From positions 11,277-75,276 of the forward strand of contig CAKURR010000013.1 of assembly GCA_934675735.1 (NCBI GenBank): a stretch of DNA of 64,000 nucleotides, written 5' to 3'. The position numbers and the translations under genes were made by a program. Shown piece by piece: positions 9,100 through 18,100 of this stretch. Below the pieces are notes generated by a model. It did not search any database. It worked only from the letters and a program-made list of their open reading frames with translations, and had not been told where the DNA came from. The stretch's first letter is position 1. Each line of letters opens with the position of its first letter. The DNA comes from an uncultured Clostridia bacterium (GTDB taxonomy: Bacteria; Bacillota; Clostridia; Christensenellales; Aristaeellaceae).

Positions 9100-9588
9100 T
9101 CAAATTTCCCGTCTCATCACGGTATAATCGTCCTCGCGCAAAACCTCAAACCCGTTTTTCTGCCAAAACGCGAAGCTCTGCGGATTCCCTTTATCCACGC
9201 CGAGCCGAATCTCGCGATAGCCGACCGCCTTCAGGCTTTCCGCCAAGCCGCGGATGATTCCGCTACCGACGCCCTTCCCCTGTTCTTCCGCATTGACCAT
9301 GAACAGCCCAATCCACGCAATTTCTTTCGTCGGGTAGCCGCTGATCCAATCCAGAATCGCGGCCAGCTTTCCATCCTCAAAAAAGCCGACGTAGGCCTTG
9401 TCCTCCATGCTCTTGTTCGGCGGCAGCGCGGTCATGTCCGCCAAAATGCTTTCCCGCGTCGCCATCGGCGGATGATATTGATAAAACAGGCGGTTTCCCT
9501 CGCAGAGCGCCAATATCGCGTCCACATCCCGCTCGTCCAGCCGCCGCACCTCATAGGCATCGCGCCGCGTTTCAATCTGCATGTTCAT
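9100..9588 (-). CDS. GNAT-family N-acetyltransferase
   Basis: Motifs VNAEEQGKGVGSGIIRGL and FWQKNGFE. Confidence 0.8.
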   Translation of the reverse strand: MNMQIETRRDAYEVRRLDERDVDAILALCEGNRLFYQYHPPMATRESILADMTALPPNKSMEDKAYVGFFEDGKLAAILDWISGYPTKEIAWIGLFMVNAEEQGKGVGSGIIRGLAESLKAVGYREIRLGVDKGNPQSFAFWQKNGFEVLREDDYTVMRREI

Positions 9589-9600
9589 TTTCTCCCTTTG

Positions 9601-10065
9601 TTATAACCCCATCACATACACCTGACACGGGTTCCATTCGTCCCACAGGTGTGGAAACACCTCGAACTCCCTGAATCCCAGCGCCAGATAAAACCGATTC
9701 GTCGCGTCATACTCGGCGTATTTCCCCATCTGCACCGTTTTCACCTGCATGAACGCATAGCCCGACTCGCGCGCGGCCCGCTTGGCCGCCTCCACCAGCG
9801 CGCGCCCGACGCCCGTCCTGTGCCGCGCCTTCAAAACGCCCATCACATACAGCTCGACCGTGTCGCGCCCCGTCTCTTTCAGATACAGAAAACCGACGGG
9901 CTTCTCCCCGTCCGCCGCGGCAAAAAAGAGCTTGTCCGCGCTCTCGCGGATGTATTCCTCCCGCGCCTCGGGAATGCCGAACCATTCCGGCAAGGCTTCC
10001 AAAATCGCGCGGCTGATTGCCCGCTTTTCCGCCGCATTTTCGATTTGCCGAATTTCGGTTGTCAT
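9601..10065 (-). CDS. GNAT-family N-acetyltransferase
   Basis: Motifs VLKARHRTGVGRALVEAAKRAA and FYLALGF. Start moved to ATG 10065 (MTTEIRQ), just after the stop of the upstream gene at 10085. Confidence 0.8.
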   Translation of the reverse strand: MTTEIRQIENAAEKRAISRAILEALPEWFGIPEAREEYIRESADKLFFAAADGEKPVGFLYLKETGRDTVELYVMGVLKARHRTGVGRALVEAAKRAARESGYAFMQVKTVQMGKYAEYDATNRFYLALGFREFEVFPHLWDEWNPCQVYVMGL

Positions 10066-10084
10066 CTTGCTTTTCTCCGTTTCC

Positions 10085-10627
10085 TTATTTTTCCAGCGCC
10101 CGCCGCACCTTTTCCACGTTCCGTCCGACCTCGTCCGTTCCATCGACCCGCAGAATCGGGCATTGCAGCATGCGTTCCCATGCGTCGTGCTTTGCGCGGC
10201 TTCTCGTGTCCAATCCGCCGTCGTCGTAGCCCGCCGCCCATGTTAAAAAGTTCATGTGCGTTTCATGCATGTCCCCATTCGGCAGAATCCGCTCGCCGAA
10301 TTTGCGATATTCCCGCTCGCGGATGCGCGCAAGCCGCGTCGGCGTATCCGTCTCCACGCGAACAGCCAGCGTGAACCGCGTCATCAGCGCGTCGCCCCAG
10401 TCCGTCAGCGAACCGGAAAGCACGACGTTTTCCGCCGCTTCAATGTCTCGGTTCATCGCATTCAGCCGTTCCGCGATGCCGCGCTTGGTCGTATACGGCG
10501 GGTTGGTCGGCAGCCAAAAATAATCGTCCGAATCCAGCCATGTGAATCCGAGCGCCTTGCCGATAGCCCTGCCCAGCGTCGATGTGCCCGCCCCCGACGC
10601 GCCGTAGATGTGAATGACCTGTTTCAT
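10085..10627 (-). CDS. P-loop NTPase, adenylate-kinase-fold small kinase-like protein
   Basis: Walker A GASGAGTSTLG at the N-terminus. Start at ATG 10627 (MKQVIHIYG). Substrate unknown. Confidence 0.6.
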   Translation of the reverse strand: MKQVIHIYGASGAGTSTLGRAIGKALGFTWLDSDDYFWLPTNPPYTTKRGIAERLNAMNRDIEAAENVVLSGSLTDWGDALMTRFTLAVRVETDTPTRLARIREREYRKFGERILPNGDMHETHMNFLTWAAGYDDGGLDTRSRAKHDAWERMLQCPILRVDGTDEVGRNVEKVRRALEK

Positions 10628-10696
10628 TTTTCCGCCTTTCATGTTGAACCGTAGAGCCTATTTGCAGCGGCGCGTCCGCCGTTTCTTGCAGTCTTT

Positions 10697-10755
10697 GCGG
10701 CTTGAACCCGTTTCAATCGTAGGCCGCTTCGCGGCCTGCTCTGAAACTACGTTTT
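10697..10755 (+). repeat. 59-nt hairpin module, copy 1
   Basis: Inverted copy at 17914-17973. Central hairpin AGGCCGC-TTC-GCGGCCT. Confidence 0.8.
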
Positions 10756-10785
10756 CTTTTGCACAGCGGGCTATCGCCCGAACTA

Positions 10786-10892
10786 TTTGGGCTGCCGCCC
10801 AAACCTGCTTGAGGGATGATTGATATCTCGCTGAATCCCGCACAGCGGGCGCGTGATATCAATCCCCATCAAACTCCCTTCTTCGCTTCGCG
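10786..10892 (+). repeat. 107-nt three-hairpin element, copy 2
   Basis: See 8154-8260. The middle stem here is GATTGATATC/GATATCAATC, a T:A to A:T swap relative to copy 1. Confidence 0.85.
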
Positions 10893-10941
10893 GCGGCTTA
10901 AAATCTTTTCCCCTTGGATTGCGCAGCAATCCAATACAGAG

Positions 10942-10991
10942 GGTCAAGGGAACTGAGTTCCCTTGCGGGGTTTGGGGCAGCGCCCCAACGT
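10942..10991. repeat. 50-nt two-hairpin module (GGGAAC-loop-GTTCCC plus GGGGCAGCGCCCC), copy 1
   Basis: Other copies at 24702-24751 and 28030-28079. Confidence 0.85.
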
Positions 10992-11055
10992 CGCCCCATG
11001 CCCCCACGCAAAAAGCGGCGCCGCAAAATACGACGCCGCTTTCCAAATGCTGTTT

Positions 11056-12651
11056 TTACTTCGCGAACTCGGTGCAGCGGGTCTCGCGGATGACGTTAAC
11101 CTTGATTTGGCCCGGATATTCCAGCTCATTCTCGATGCGCTTGGCAATTTCGCGGGCAAGCACATACGTGCCCTCGTCGGAAATGTCCTCCGGCTTGACC
11201 ATGATGCGCACCTCGCGGCCGGACTGAATCGCGAACGACTTTTCCACGCCCGGGAAGCTGTTGGAAATCTCCTCCAGCTTTTCGAGTCGGCGGATGTAGT
11301 TCTCGATGCTCTCGCGGCGCGCGCCCGGGCGGGCCGCGGAAATCGCGTCCGCCGCCTGAATGAGCACGGCCTCGACGGTCTGCGGCTCGATGTCGTTGTG
11401 GTGCGCCGCGATGCAGTGGATAACCTCGGGGGACTCGTGGTAGCGCTTGGCCATTTCAACGCCCAGCTCGACGTGCGTGCCCTCCATCTCGTGGTCAACG
11501 GCCTTGCCGATATCGTGGAGCAGGCCCGCGCGCTTGGCGAGCTGCACATCCGCGCCCAGCTCCGCGGCCATCAGGCCCGCCAGGTGGCTGACCTCGATGC
11601 TGTGCTGAAGCACGTTCTGGCCGTAGCTCGTGCGATAGCGCATGCGGCCCAGCAGCTTCACCAGCTCGTGATGAATGCCGTGCATGTTCGTCTCAAAGAT
11701 GGCCTGCTCGCCCGCCTCGCGAATCTGGTTGTCCACCTCGCGCTTGGCCTTCTCGACCATTTCCTCGATGCGCGCCGGATGAATGCGTCCGTCGGCGATG
11801 AGCTTTTCCAGCGCGATTCGCGCAACCTCGCGGCGAATCGGGTCAAACGCGGAAACGATAACGGCTTCCGGCGTATCGTCGATGATGAGGTCAACGCCCG
11901 TCGCGGTTTCCAGCGTGCGGATGTTGCGGCCCTCGCGGCCGATGATGCGGCCCTTCATATCCTCGTTCGGCAGGGACACGACGGAAACCGTGGTCTCCGC
12001 CACATGGTCGCTCGCACAGCGCTGAATCGCCATCGCGACGATGTTGCGGGCCTTCTTTTCGGCCTCGTCCTTCGCGGTCTGCTCGATTTCGCGAACCATC
12101 ACGCCCGCGTCGTGATACGCTTCCTTCTGGATGCGCTGCACGATCATGTCGCGCGCCTCGTCCTGGGTCATCTTGGCGACGCGCTCCAGCTCGGCCTGGC
12201 TCTTTTCTTCCAGTTCCTTGGCGGTCTTTTCGGCCTCCTCGGCGGCGGCCTTCTGGCGCGCGCCGTATTCCTGCGCCTCGGCGGTCAGGCGGTCCAGTTC
12301 GTTCTGCTTGCGCTCCAGCCCCGTCTCGCGCGCGTCGAGGTTGTCGGCCTTTTTATCCAGCGTCTCTTCGCGCTGGGTCACGCGGCGCTCGCTGCGCTGC
12401 ACTTCGGCGCGGCGGTCGCGAATCTCGCGGTCCAGCTCGTTTTTGAGGCGGATGACCTCTTCCTTGGCTTCAAGGATGCTTTCCTTCTTCTTCTCTTCCG
12501 CACGGCGCTGCGCGTCGTCCAGCAGATTACGGGCATATTCTTCGGTGCGCCCGATTTTCTTTTCCTGCACGTTTTTGCGATACATATAACCTGCCGCAAG
12601 GCCCGCAGCCAGTGCGGCAAGAATCGCCAAAAGGGTAAAAATAAACGCCAA
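11056..12651 (-). CDS. rny: ribonuclease Y
   Basis: N-terminal TM helix, long charged coiled coil, KH domain ([12 protein letters not shown]) and HD domain ([12 protein letters not shown]). Confidence 0.95.
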   Translation of the reverse strand: MAFIFTLLAILAALAAGLAAGYMYRKNVQEKKIGRTEEYARNLLDDAQRRAEEKKKESILEAKEEVIRLKNELDREIRDRRAEVQRSERRVTQREETLDKKADNLDARETGLERKQNELDRLTAEAQEYGARQKAAAEEAEKTAKELEEKSQAELERVAKMTQDEARDMIVQRIQKEAYHDAGVMVREIEQTAKDEAEKKARNIVAMAIQRCASDHVAETTVSVVSLPNEDMKGRIIGREGRNIRTLETATGVDLIIDDTPEAVIVSAFDPIRREVARIALEKLIADGRIHPARIEEMVEKAKREVDNQIREAGEQAIFETNMHGIHHELVKLLGRMRYRTSYGQNVLQHSIEVSHLAGLMAAELGADVQLAKRAGLLHDIGKAVDHEMEGTHVELGVEMAKRYHESPEVIHCIAAHHNDIEPQTVEAVLIQAADAISAARPGARRESIENYIRRLEKLEEISNSFPGVEKSFAIQSGREVRIMVKPEDISDEGTYVLAREIAKRIENELEYPGQIKVNVIRETRCTEFAK

Positions 12652-12933
12652 TCTGCTTCACTCTCCTTCTGTTTGGATTCTCAATTTCAATCAAATCAAT
12701 CGTCCAAGAAAAAAGGCTTGCAGACCGACGCGCACCTCCGGCGATAAACAACACAATTTAGGCACAAAGAACCATGCCGGCGTCGGGGCGCAAAAACCCC
12801 GCCGCGGCTTTGCCGCCTATACGGTTTTGATGTATCAAACGTCCGAAAAAGTCAGCCTAAACGCACGCCGCTTTTTCGTGACGCAATGTCCGGCACAGCA
12901 TCATCTGCACACGCTTTCACTTTGACTGATTCT

Positions 12934-12962
12934 ATTTTACATTTGATTGCCCCGCGTGTCAA
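12934..12962 (-). promoter_or_regulatory. candidate sigma-A promoter for rny
   Basis: On the minus strand: TTGACA (12962-12957), a 17-nt spacer, then TAAAAT (12939-12934). This implies a ~280-nt leader. Confidence 0.45.
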
Positions 12963-13018
12963 GAGAATTTGTCACTTTGGTGAAATTGGGGTACCGTTTT
13001 TGAGCAAAACATATAGAA

Positions 13019-13044
13019 ACGGGCGGACATTTCTGCCCGCCCGT
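13019..13044. terminator. hairpin downstream of the EF-G paralogue
   Basis: ACGGGCGG / CCGCCCGT 8-bp stem with a 10-nt loop and weak T-runs on both sides. Confidence 0.4.
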
Positions 13045-13061
13045 CGTTTGTTTGGAAAGTT

Positions 13062-15140
13062 TTATTCCTCGTCCTCCGCCAAATCGGCCTTATGCGCCTC
13101 GATAATCTTGGCGGCGATGGCCTGCGGCACTTCTTCATAGCGCTCGAAGCTCATCTTGAACGCGCCCTTCGCCTGCGTCATGGAACGCAGATCCGTCGCG
13201 TATTTGAACATTTCGGCCTGCGGCACTTCGGCGATAATCAGCTGCCTGCCGTCGCTCTGCTCCATGCCGAGGATGCGGCCGCGGCGCTTGTTCAGGTCGC
13301 CCATGATATCGCCCATGTACTCATCCGGCACGCTGATTTCCACGTGCATAATCGGCTCGAGCAGCACGGGGTTCGCGTTGATGCACTGCTTGTAAGCGAT
13401 GCGCGCCGCCGTCTTGAACGCCATTTCGGAGGAATCGACCGGATGATAGCTGCCGTCGTAGAGCTTGGCGCGCAGGCCCGTCATCGGGAAGCCCGCCAGA
13501 ACGCCCTTGACGAGGTTCTCGCGCAGGCCCTTTTCGACCGACGGAATGAAGTTGCGCGGCACCGCGCCGCCGACGACTGCATCGACGAACTCGAAATCCG
13601 TGCCCGGCTCGGCGGGGGAGAACTCAATCCACACGTCGCCGAACTGGCCGTGGCCGCCGCTCTGCTTCTTGTGGCGGCCCTGCACCTGAATCGTCTTGCG
13701 GATGGACTCGCGATAGGCGATCTTCGGATCTTTGAACACGGCTTCCGCGCCGAACTTGCTCTGCAGCTTCTGGCGCACGATTTCAAGCTCCAATTCGCCC
13801 TGGCCGCTGATGAGGGTTTCGGTGGTCATCGGGTCTTTGGCGACGATGACGTCCGGCATTTCTTCGCACAGGCGCGCCAGGCCGGAGAACACCTTGTCCT
13901 CCTCGCCCGCCTTCTTGGCGTATACCGCCAGAGAAATCTGCGGCGCGGGGAAGTCGATGCTGTCATACTGAACGACCTTGCCGATTTCGCAGAGGCTGTC
14001 GCCCGTGGAGGTGTATTGCAGCTTGCTGAGCGCGCCGATGTCGCCCGCGCAGAGCATGCCGACGGGAATCTGCTTCTTGCCGCGCACCATGAAGATACCC
14101 GCGGCCTTTTCGGGCTTATCCGCGTTCGCGTTGAACAGCGGGGTCGCCGGCGTCAGCACGCCGGAGATGACCTTAATCAGCGACAGCTTGCCCACAAACG
14201 GGTCGGCAATCGTCTTGAACACCTGCGCGGTGAAGCTCTCGCTCATATCCGCGTGGCGGATGTGCATGGATTTGGTCTTGGGGTTGATGCCGTGATAGGT
14301 GTGTTCCATCGGGCTGGGCATATACATCGCCAGCTCATACATCAGCGGGCGCACGCCGATGCCGTCCAGGCTGGAGACCGGCGCGACGGGCACGATGCTG
14401 CCCTCGTAAATGCCCGCGGACAGGCCGCGCAGCATATCCTCGTCGCTGAGCTTGCCCTCGTCGAAGAATTTTTCCATCAATTCCTCGCTGGTGCTGGCCG
14501 CCGCCTCGTGGCAGGCTTCCAGCGCTTCTTCCACCAGACCGGTCATCTCCTCGGGAATCGGAATTTCGTTGCGATCCTTGCCCGCGCCGGTGAAGGCCTT
14601 GCCCGTCAAAACATCCACAACGCCGCGGAAGGACGTGCCCTCGCCGATGGGCAGAACCGTCGGAATGATGCAGTTGCCGTAGGTGCTGCGCAGATCGTCG
14701 AGCACCTTGCGGTAGTTGATATGTTCACGATCGACCTGAGAGACGGCGATGATGCGCGCAAGGCCGTGCTTCGCGGTCGCGTTCCATGCTTTTTCAAAGC
14801 CGGTGGAGATACCCGTCGCGGCGCTGATGACGATGACCGCGCCCTCCACGGCGTGCAGCGGGCCGGCCATTTCGCCCGCAAAATCGAAGTATCCGGGAAC
14901 GTCAATGAGGTTGATCTTTTTGCCGTGGATTTCAATCGGCGCCACGGACGCGCTGATGGAGATATGACGCTTAATCTCTTCGGGGTCGTAGTCACTGACC
15001 GTGTTTCCATCCTCGACACGGCCCTGGCGGTCAGTCACGCCGGCGGCATAGAGCATCGACTCAACCAGCGTCGTTTTGCCTTCAGAGCCGTGTCCCAATA
15101 CAGCGATGTTGCGTATGTCCTTCACCATGTAGTCCTTCAT
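13062..15140 (-). CDS. EF-G-like translational GTPase paralogue with degenerate G motifs
   Basis: 692 aa with five-domain EF-G architecture (domain IV/V strings HKKQSGGHGQFGDV, GAVPRNFIPSVEKG). AAAGGAGGAACGATTT precedes ATG 15140. G1 is GHGSEGKTT, G3 is DVPGY (not DxPGH) and G4 is SQVD (not NKxD). Confidence 0.85.
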   Translation of the reverse strand: MKDYMVKDIRNIAVLGHGSEGKTTLVESMLYAAGVTDRQGRVEDGNTVSDYDPEEIKRHISISASVAPIEIHGKKINLIDVPGYFDFAGEMAGPLHAVEGAVIVISAATGISTGFEKAWNATAKHGLARIIAVSQVDREHINYRKVLDDLRSTYGNCIIPTVLPIGEGTSFRGVVDVLTGKAFTGAGKDRNEIPIPEEMTGLVEEALEACHEAAASTSEELMEKFFDEGKLSDEDMLRGLSAGIYEGSIVPVAPVSSLDGIGVRPLMYELAMYMPSPMEHTYHGINPKTKSMHIRHADMSESFTAQVFKTIADPFVGKLSLIKVISGVLTPATPLFNANADKPEKAAGIFMVRGKKQIPVGMLCAGDIGALSKLQYTSTGDSLCEIGKVVQYDSIDFPAPQISLAVYAKKAGEEDKVFSGLARLCEEMPDVIVAKDPMTTETLISGQGELELEIVRQKLQSKFGAEAVFKDPKIAYRESIRKTIQVQGRHKKQSGGHGQFGDVWIEFSPAEPGTDFEFVDAVVGGAVPRNFIPSVEKGLRENLVKGVLAGFPMTGLRAKLYDGSYHPVDSSEMAFKTAARIAYKQCINANPVLLEPIMHVEISVPDEYMGDIMGDLNKRRGRILGMEQSDGRQLIIAEVPQAEMFKYATDLRSMTQAKGAFKMSFERYEEVPQAIAAKIIEAHKADLAEDEE

Positions 15141-15486
15141 AAATCGTTCCTCCTTTGAAGCCTTTCGGCTGTTTTTCGGGGCGGCTTGTTTCGCGCCCGC
15201 CCGTCCTTTAGGCCCATTATATCAGAATGTATGAAAAAATGGAAGTGTTTTTGGACAATTTCTTTTTGTCCGTCGGTCAATTCTTCTAAATTTGCGTCGA
15301 ATTTTTACGAATATTCCGCATATTTCGCCGCGTTTCGGTCGTCTTTTCGGGTTTGGCGGGCAACAAAAAAACGCCCGACGGGCATAACGCGGCAGGCGCG
15401 CGGTTTTCGCGCCTTTCTGCGTCTTTCCGTCGAACGTTTGGGTATATATCGTTTTTTTACAGTTTTTTCGTCGGGAATCGCTTGGT

Positions 15487-16026
15487 TTACGGCTCGGTCT
15501 GTTCGGTTTCGCCCAGCCGTTCCATAATCGTCTGATAGAGAAACGGCGCGCTTCTGGGCCAGCGCTCACAGAAGCGCTTGGCCTGCTCCTTGGTGACGGC
15601 CGTCAGCGACATGGAAAAGATTTCCGCGCCGCTTTCCAGCGCGCGCAGGGTGACGACAAAGCCGTTATCCGTCTCCTTCCACTCGGCGGGCATCTGCAAT
15701 TCCTCGCGGATGCGCCGCTTCCATTCCGGCGCGCTCCTGTCCAGCTTCTCCTGCTGGGAAGCGCGGATGCGCGAGCCGAACATTTCCACGCTTTCGCGCC
15801 CCTGCGGGGTCAGAAACAGCAGCATCCCTTCCAGATGGCGCGTCTCGCGCACGAAGCCCGCCTCTTTCAGCCCGCCCAGCGCGAGATAAAACTGAAACGG
15901 GTTCATCAGTGCGTTTTCCGCCAGAAAGCGCAGCAGCTGCTCCTGCGTGCAGCCGCCGAGGCGGTTCAGCGATGAAAGCACAATCAGCTTATCCTCTTCC
16001 TCTGTGGCATGCACATCCAGCGGCAT
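15487..16026 (-). CDS. DUF4364-family protein (PadR-like winged helix)
   Basis: The N-terminal LIVLSSLNRLGGCTQEQLLRFLAEN..YLALGGLKEAGFV matches the family as I recall it. Confidence 0.65.
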   Translation of the reverse strand: MPLDVHATEEEDKLIVLSSLNRLGGCTQEQLLRFLAENALMNPFQFYLALGGLKEAGFVRETRHLEGMLLFLTPQGRESVEMFGSRIRASQQEKLDRSAPEWKRRIREELQMPAEWKETDNGFVVTLRALESGAEIFSMSLTAVTKEQAKRFCERWPRSAPFLYQTIMERLGETEQTEP

Positions 16027-16038
16027 GGGCGCACCCCC

Positions 16039-16290
16039 TTATTTCGCTTCTTCGCCGTCCTTGACCAGATAGCCGTCCAAATCGCGGAGCAGCTCGTCGC
16101 AGTCGTCGCTGTAAATCGTCATCGTAATCGGGCGGGAAAGGTCGATGGAAAAGATGCCCAGAATCGACTTTGCATCCACCACATAACGCCCCGACCGCAA
16201 ATCCATGTCATACGGATAGCGATTGACCAGGCTGACAAAGTTTTTCACATTGTCGGTCATCATCGTCAGACGAATCGTCACAGTTTTCAT
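16039..16290 (-). CDS. HPr-fold protein lacking the His15 phosphorylation site
   Basis: 83 aa. The Ser46-region motif is kept (DAKSILGIFS), but the GIHARPA region is replaced by MTDNVKNF. Confidence 0.7.
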   Translation of the reverse strand: MKTVTIRLTMMTDNVKNFVSLVNRYPYDMDLRSGRYVVDAKSILGIFSIDLSRPITMTIYSDDCDELLRDLDGYLVKDGEEAK

Positions 16291-16473
16291 ATCTCATGCT
16301 CCTTGGCGCGCGCATGCGCGGTCATCAAAGTCTATTTTACCAACATGCCCCTTTATTATAACCAAAATATGGTCAAAATGCAAGTATGGATTTGGATGCA
16401 TTCATTCCGTCTTGACGCATTTGATGTGTTGTGCTATGCTGTTCGCATTGCTTTTTTTCAGAGGTGATTTGAT

Positions 16474-17829
16474 TTGTTTGCCCGCCGTTCTCATCGGGTG
16501 GAGATGACCTCCGGCCCGCTGCTGCCCAATGTGCTCGCCTTTACCGTGCCGCTGATTCTCTCTGGCGTACTTCAGCTTCTGTATAACTCGGCGGATATCA
16601 TCGTCGTCGGGCGCTTCGCCGATTCCGTCGCGATGGCCTCCGTCGGCGCGACAACCTCGCTCATCCAGCTGCTCGTCAGCCTGCTGATGGGCCTGAGCGT
16701 CGGCTCATCCGTCGCCGTTGCCCGCGCGACCGGCGCGGGGGATCGCGAAGGCGTGCGCCGCGCGGTGCATACCTCCATAGCGCTCGCGCTGCTCTCGGGC
16801 GTGCTGCTCGGCGCGCTGCTGCTGCTCCTCTCCCGCCCGCTGCTCGAACTGATGGGCTGCCCCGAAAACGTGGTGGAGGGCGCAAAGCTCTACCTCAATA
16901 TCTACGCCGTCGGCCTGCCCGCCAGCCTGCTGTATAACTACGGCGCGGCGATTCTGCGCGCCGTCGGCGACACCAAGCGCCCGCTGTATTACCTCACCGT
17001 CAGCGGCATGGTCAATATCGTGCTCAACGTGCTGCTCGTCGCCGGGCTGAAGCTCAGCGTCGCGGGCGTGGCTATCGCCACCATCGTCAGCGAAACCATC
17101 AGCGCCGCGCTTGTGCTCGCCAGCCTCATCACCAGCCACGGCGATATCCGCTTCGAGCCGAAAAAGACCCGCATCGAGCGCCGCGCCCTCGGCCAGATTC
17201 TCCGCGTCGGCATCCCCGCGGGCCTGCAGAGCAGCATGTTCTCCATCTCCAACGTGCTGATTCAGTCCGCCATCAACTCCTTCGGCGCGGCCGCCATCGC
17301 GGGCAATACCGCCGCCGCCAGCATCGAGGGCTTTGCCACCACCGTTTCCAACGCCATCTCTCAGGCCGCGCTCACCTTCTCCAGCCAGAATATGGGCGCG
17401 GGCAAAACCAACCGCGTGCGCCGCGTGCTTGTCGTCTGCCTCGCCGCGACGTGCGTCGGCGGGCTCTCCCTCGGCCTGCTCATTTATGCGTTCGGCACGC
17501 CGCTGCTCTCCCTGTTTAATACCGACCCCGAGGTCATCGCCAGCGGCCTTGTCCGCGTCAGCCATAATATGCCGCTCTATGTCCTCTTCTGTATGCAGGA
17601 TACCTTTGTCGGCCAGCTGCGCGGCATCGGCTATTCCCTCATGCCGACCGTCACCAGCCTGAGCGGTATCTGCCTGCTCCGTGTGGTTTGGCTCTATACC
17701 GCCTTCGCCGCGTCGCCGACGCTCGATACCCTCTACCTCTCTTACCCCGTTTCGTGGGCCGTCACCCTCGCCGCCCTCGTCACCTGCTACGCCGTCGTCG
17801 TGCGGAAACTGCCGAAAAAGACTTCTTAA
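16474..17829 (+). CDS. MATE-family efflux transporter
   Basis: 451 aa, 12-TM pattern, N-terminal PLLPNVLAFTVPLILSGVLQLLYNSADIIVVGRF. TTG start 6 nt after GAGGTGA. Confidence 0.9.
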   Translation: MFARRSHRVEMTSGPLLPNVLAFTVPLILSGVLQLLYNSADIIVVGRFADSVAMASVGATTSLIQLLVSLLMGLSVGSSVAVARATGAGDREGVRRAVHTSIALALLSGVLLGALLLLLSRPLLELMGCPENVVEGAKLYLNIYAVGLPASLLYNYGAAILRAVGDTKRPLYYLTVSGMVNIVLNVLLVAGLKLSVAGVAIATIVSETISAALVLASLITSHGDIRFEPKKTRIERRALGQILRVGIPAGLQSSMFSISNVLIQSAINSFGAAAIAGNTAAASIEGFATTVSNAISQAALTFSSQNMGAGKTNRVRRVLVVCLAATCVGGLSLGLLIYAFGTPLLSLFNTDPEVIASGLVRVSHNMPLYVLFCMQDTFVGQLRGIGYSLMPTVTSLSGICLLRVVWLYTAFAASPTLDTLYLSYPVSWAVTLAALVTCYAVVVRKLPKKTS

Positions 17830-17835
17830 AACCGC

Positions 17836-17902
17836 CGCGAAGCGAAACAGGGGTTTGGGGGATTATCCCCCAAACAGGTCTGGGCGGTAGCCCAGCGTTC
17901 CC
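17836..17902 (+). repeat. 67-nt two-hairpin module starting CGCGAAGCGAA, copy 1
   Basis: Second copy at 63189-63256. Both stems differ by compensatory changes. Confidence 0.8.
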
Positions 17903-17913
17903 CCTCTCCGTAA

Positions 17914-17973
17914 AAAACGCAGTTTCAGAGCAAGACGCAAAGCGTCCTACGATTGAAACGGGTTCAAAGCCGC
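17914..17973 (-). repeat. 59-nt hairpin module, inverted copy 2
   Basis: Reverse complement aligns with 10697-10755. Central hairpin here is AGGACGC-TTT-GCGTCTT. Confidence 0.8.
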
Positions 17974-18040
17974 AACAAAACAATTTTCTGCCTTCATTGC
18001 CGTATATCTTCTTGGATATGCGGCTTTTTCGTATATAAGC

Positions 18041-18060
18041 GGACGCGCAATGCGCGCCCC
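18041..18060. repeat. 20-mer GGACGCGCAATGCGCGCCCC, copy 1
   Basis: Identical copies at 19147-19166 and 19293-19312. It contains the dyad CGCGCA-A-TGCGCG. Confidence 0.9.
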
Positions 18061-18075
18061 TACATACAATTCAGA

Positions 18076-18095
18076 ATTTAGAATTTTTTCTAAAT
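18076..18095 (+). promoter_or_regulatory. operator-like dyad upstream of the sdpR promoter
   Basis: ATTTAGA-N6-TCTAAAT, ending 6 nt before the -35 hexamer. Confidence 0.55.
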
Positions 18096-18100
18096 ACCCC

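Noticed and set aside
13092-15158. 688-aa plus-strand ORF opposite the EF-G paralogue. There are similar very long antisense ORFs at 10963-12747, 21184-23613, 32926-35391, 37154-40024, 48210-50156 and 60520-62190.
   Set aside because: - They are shadow ORFs typical of GC-rich DNA.
- Their translations are low-complexity and rich in Arg, Ala, Gly, His and Val, with no recognisable motifs.
- Each lies exactly opposite a gene with clear family signatures and a good SD.
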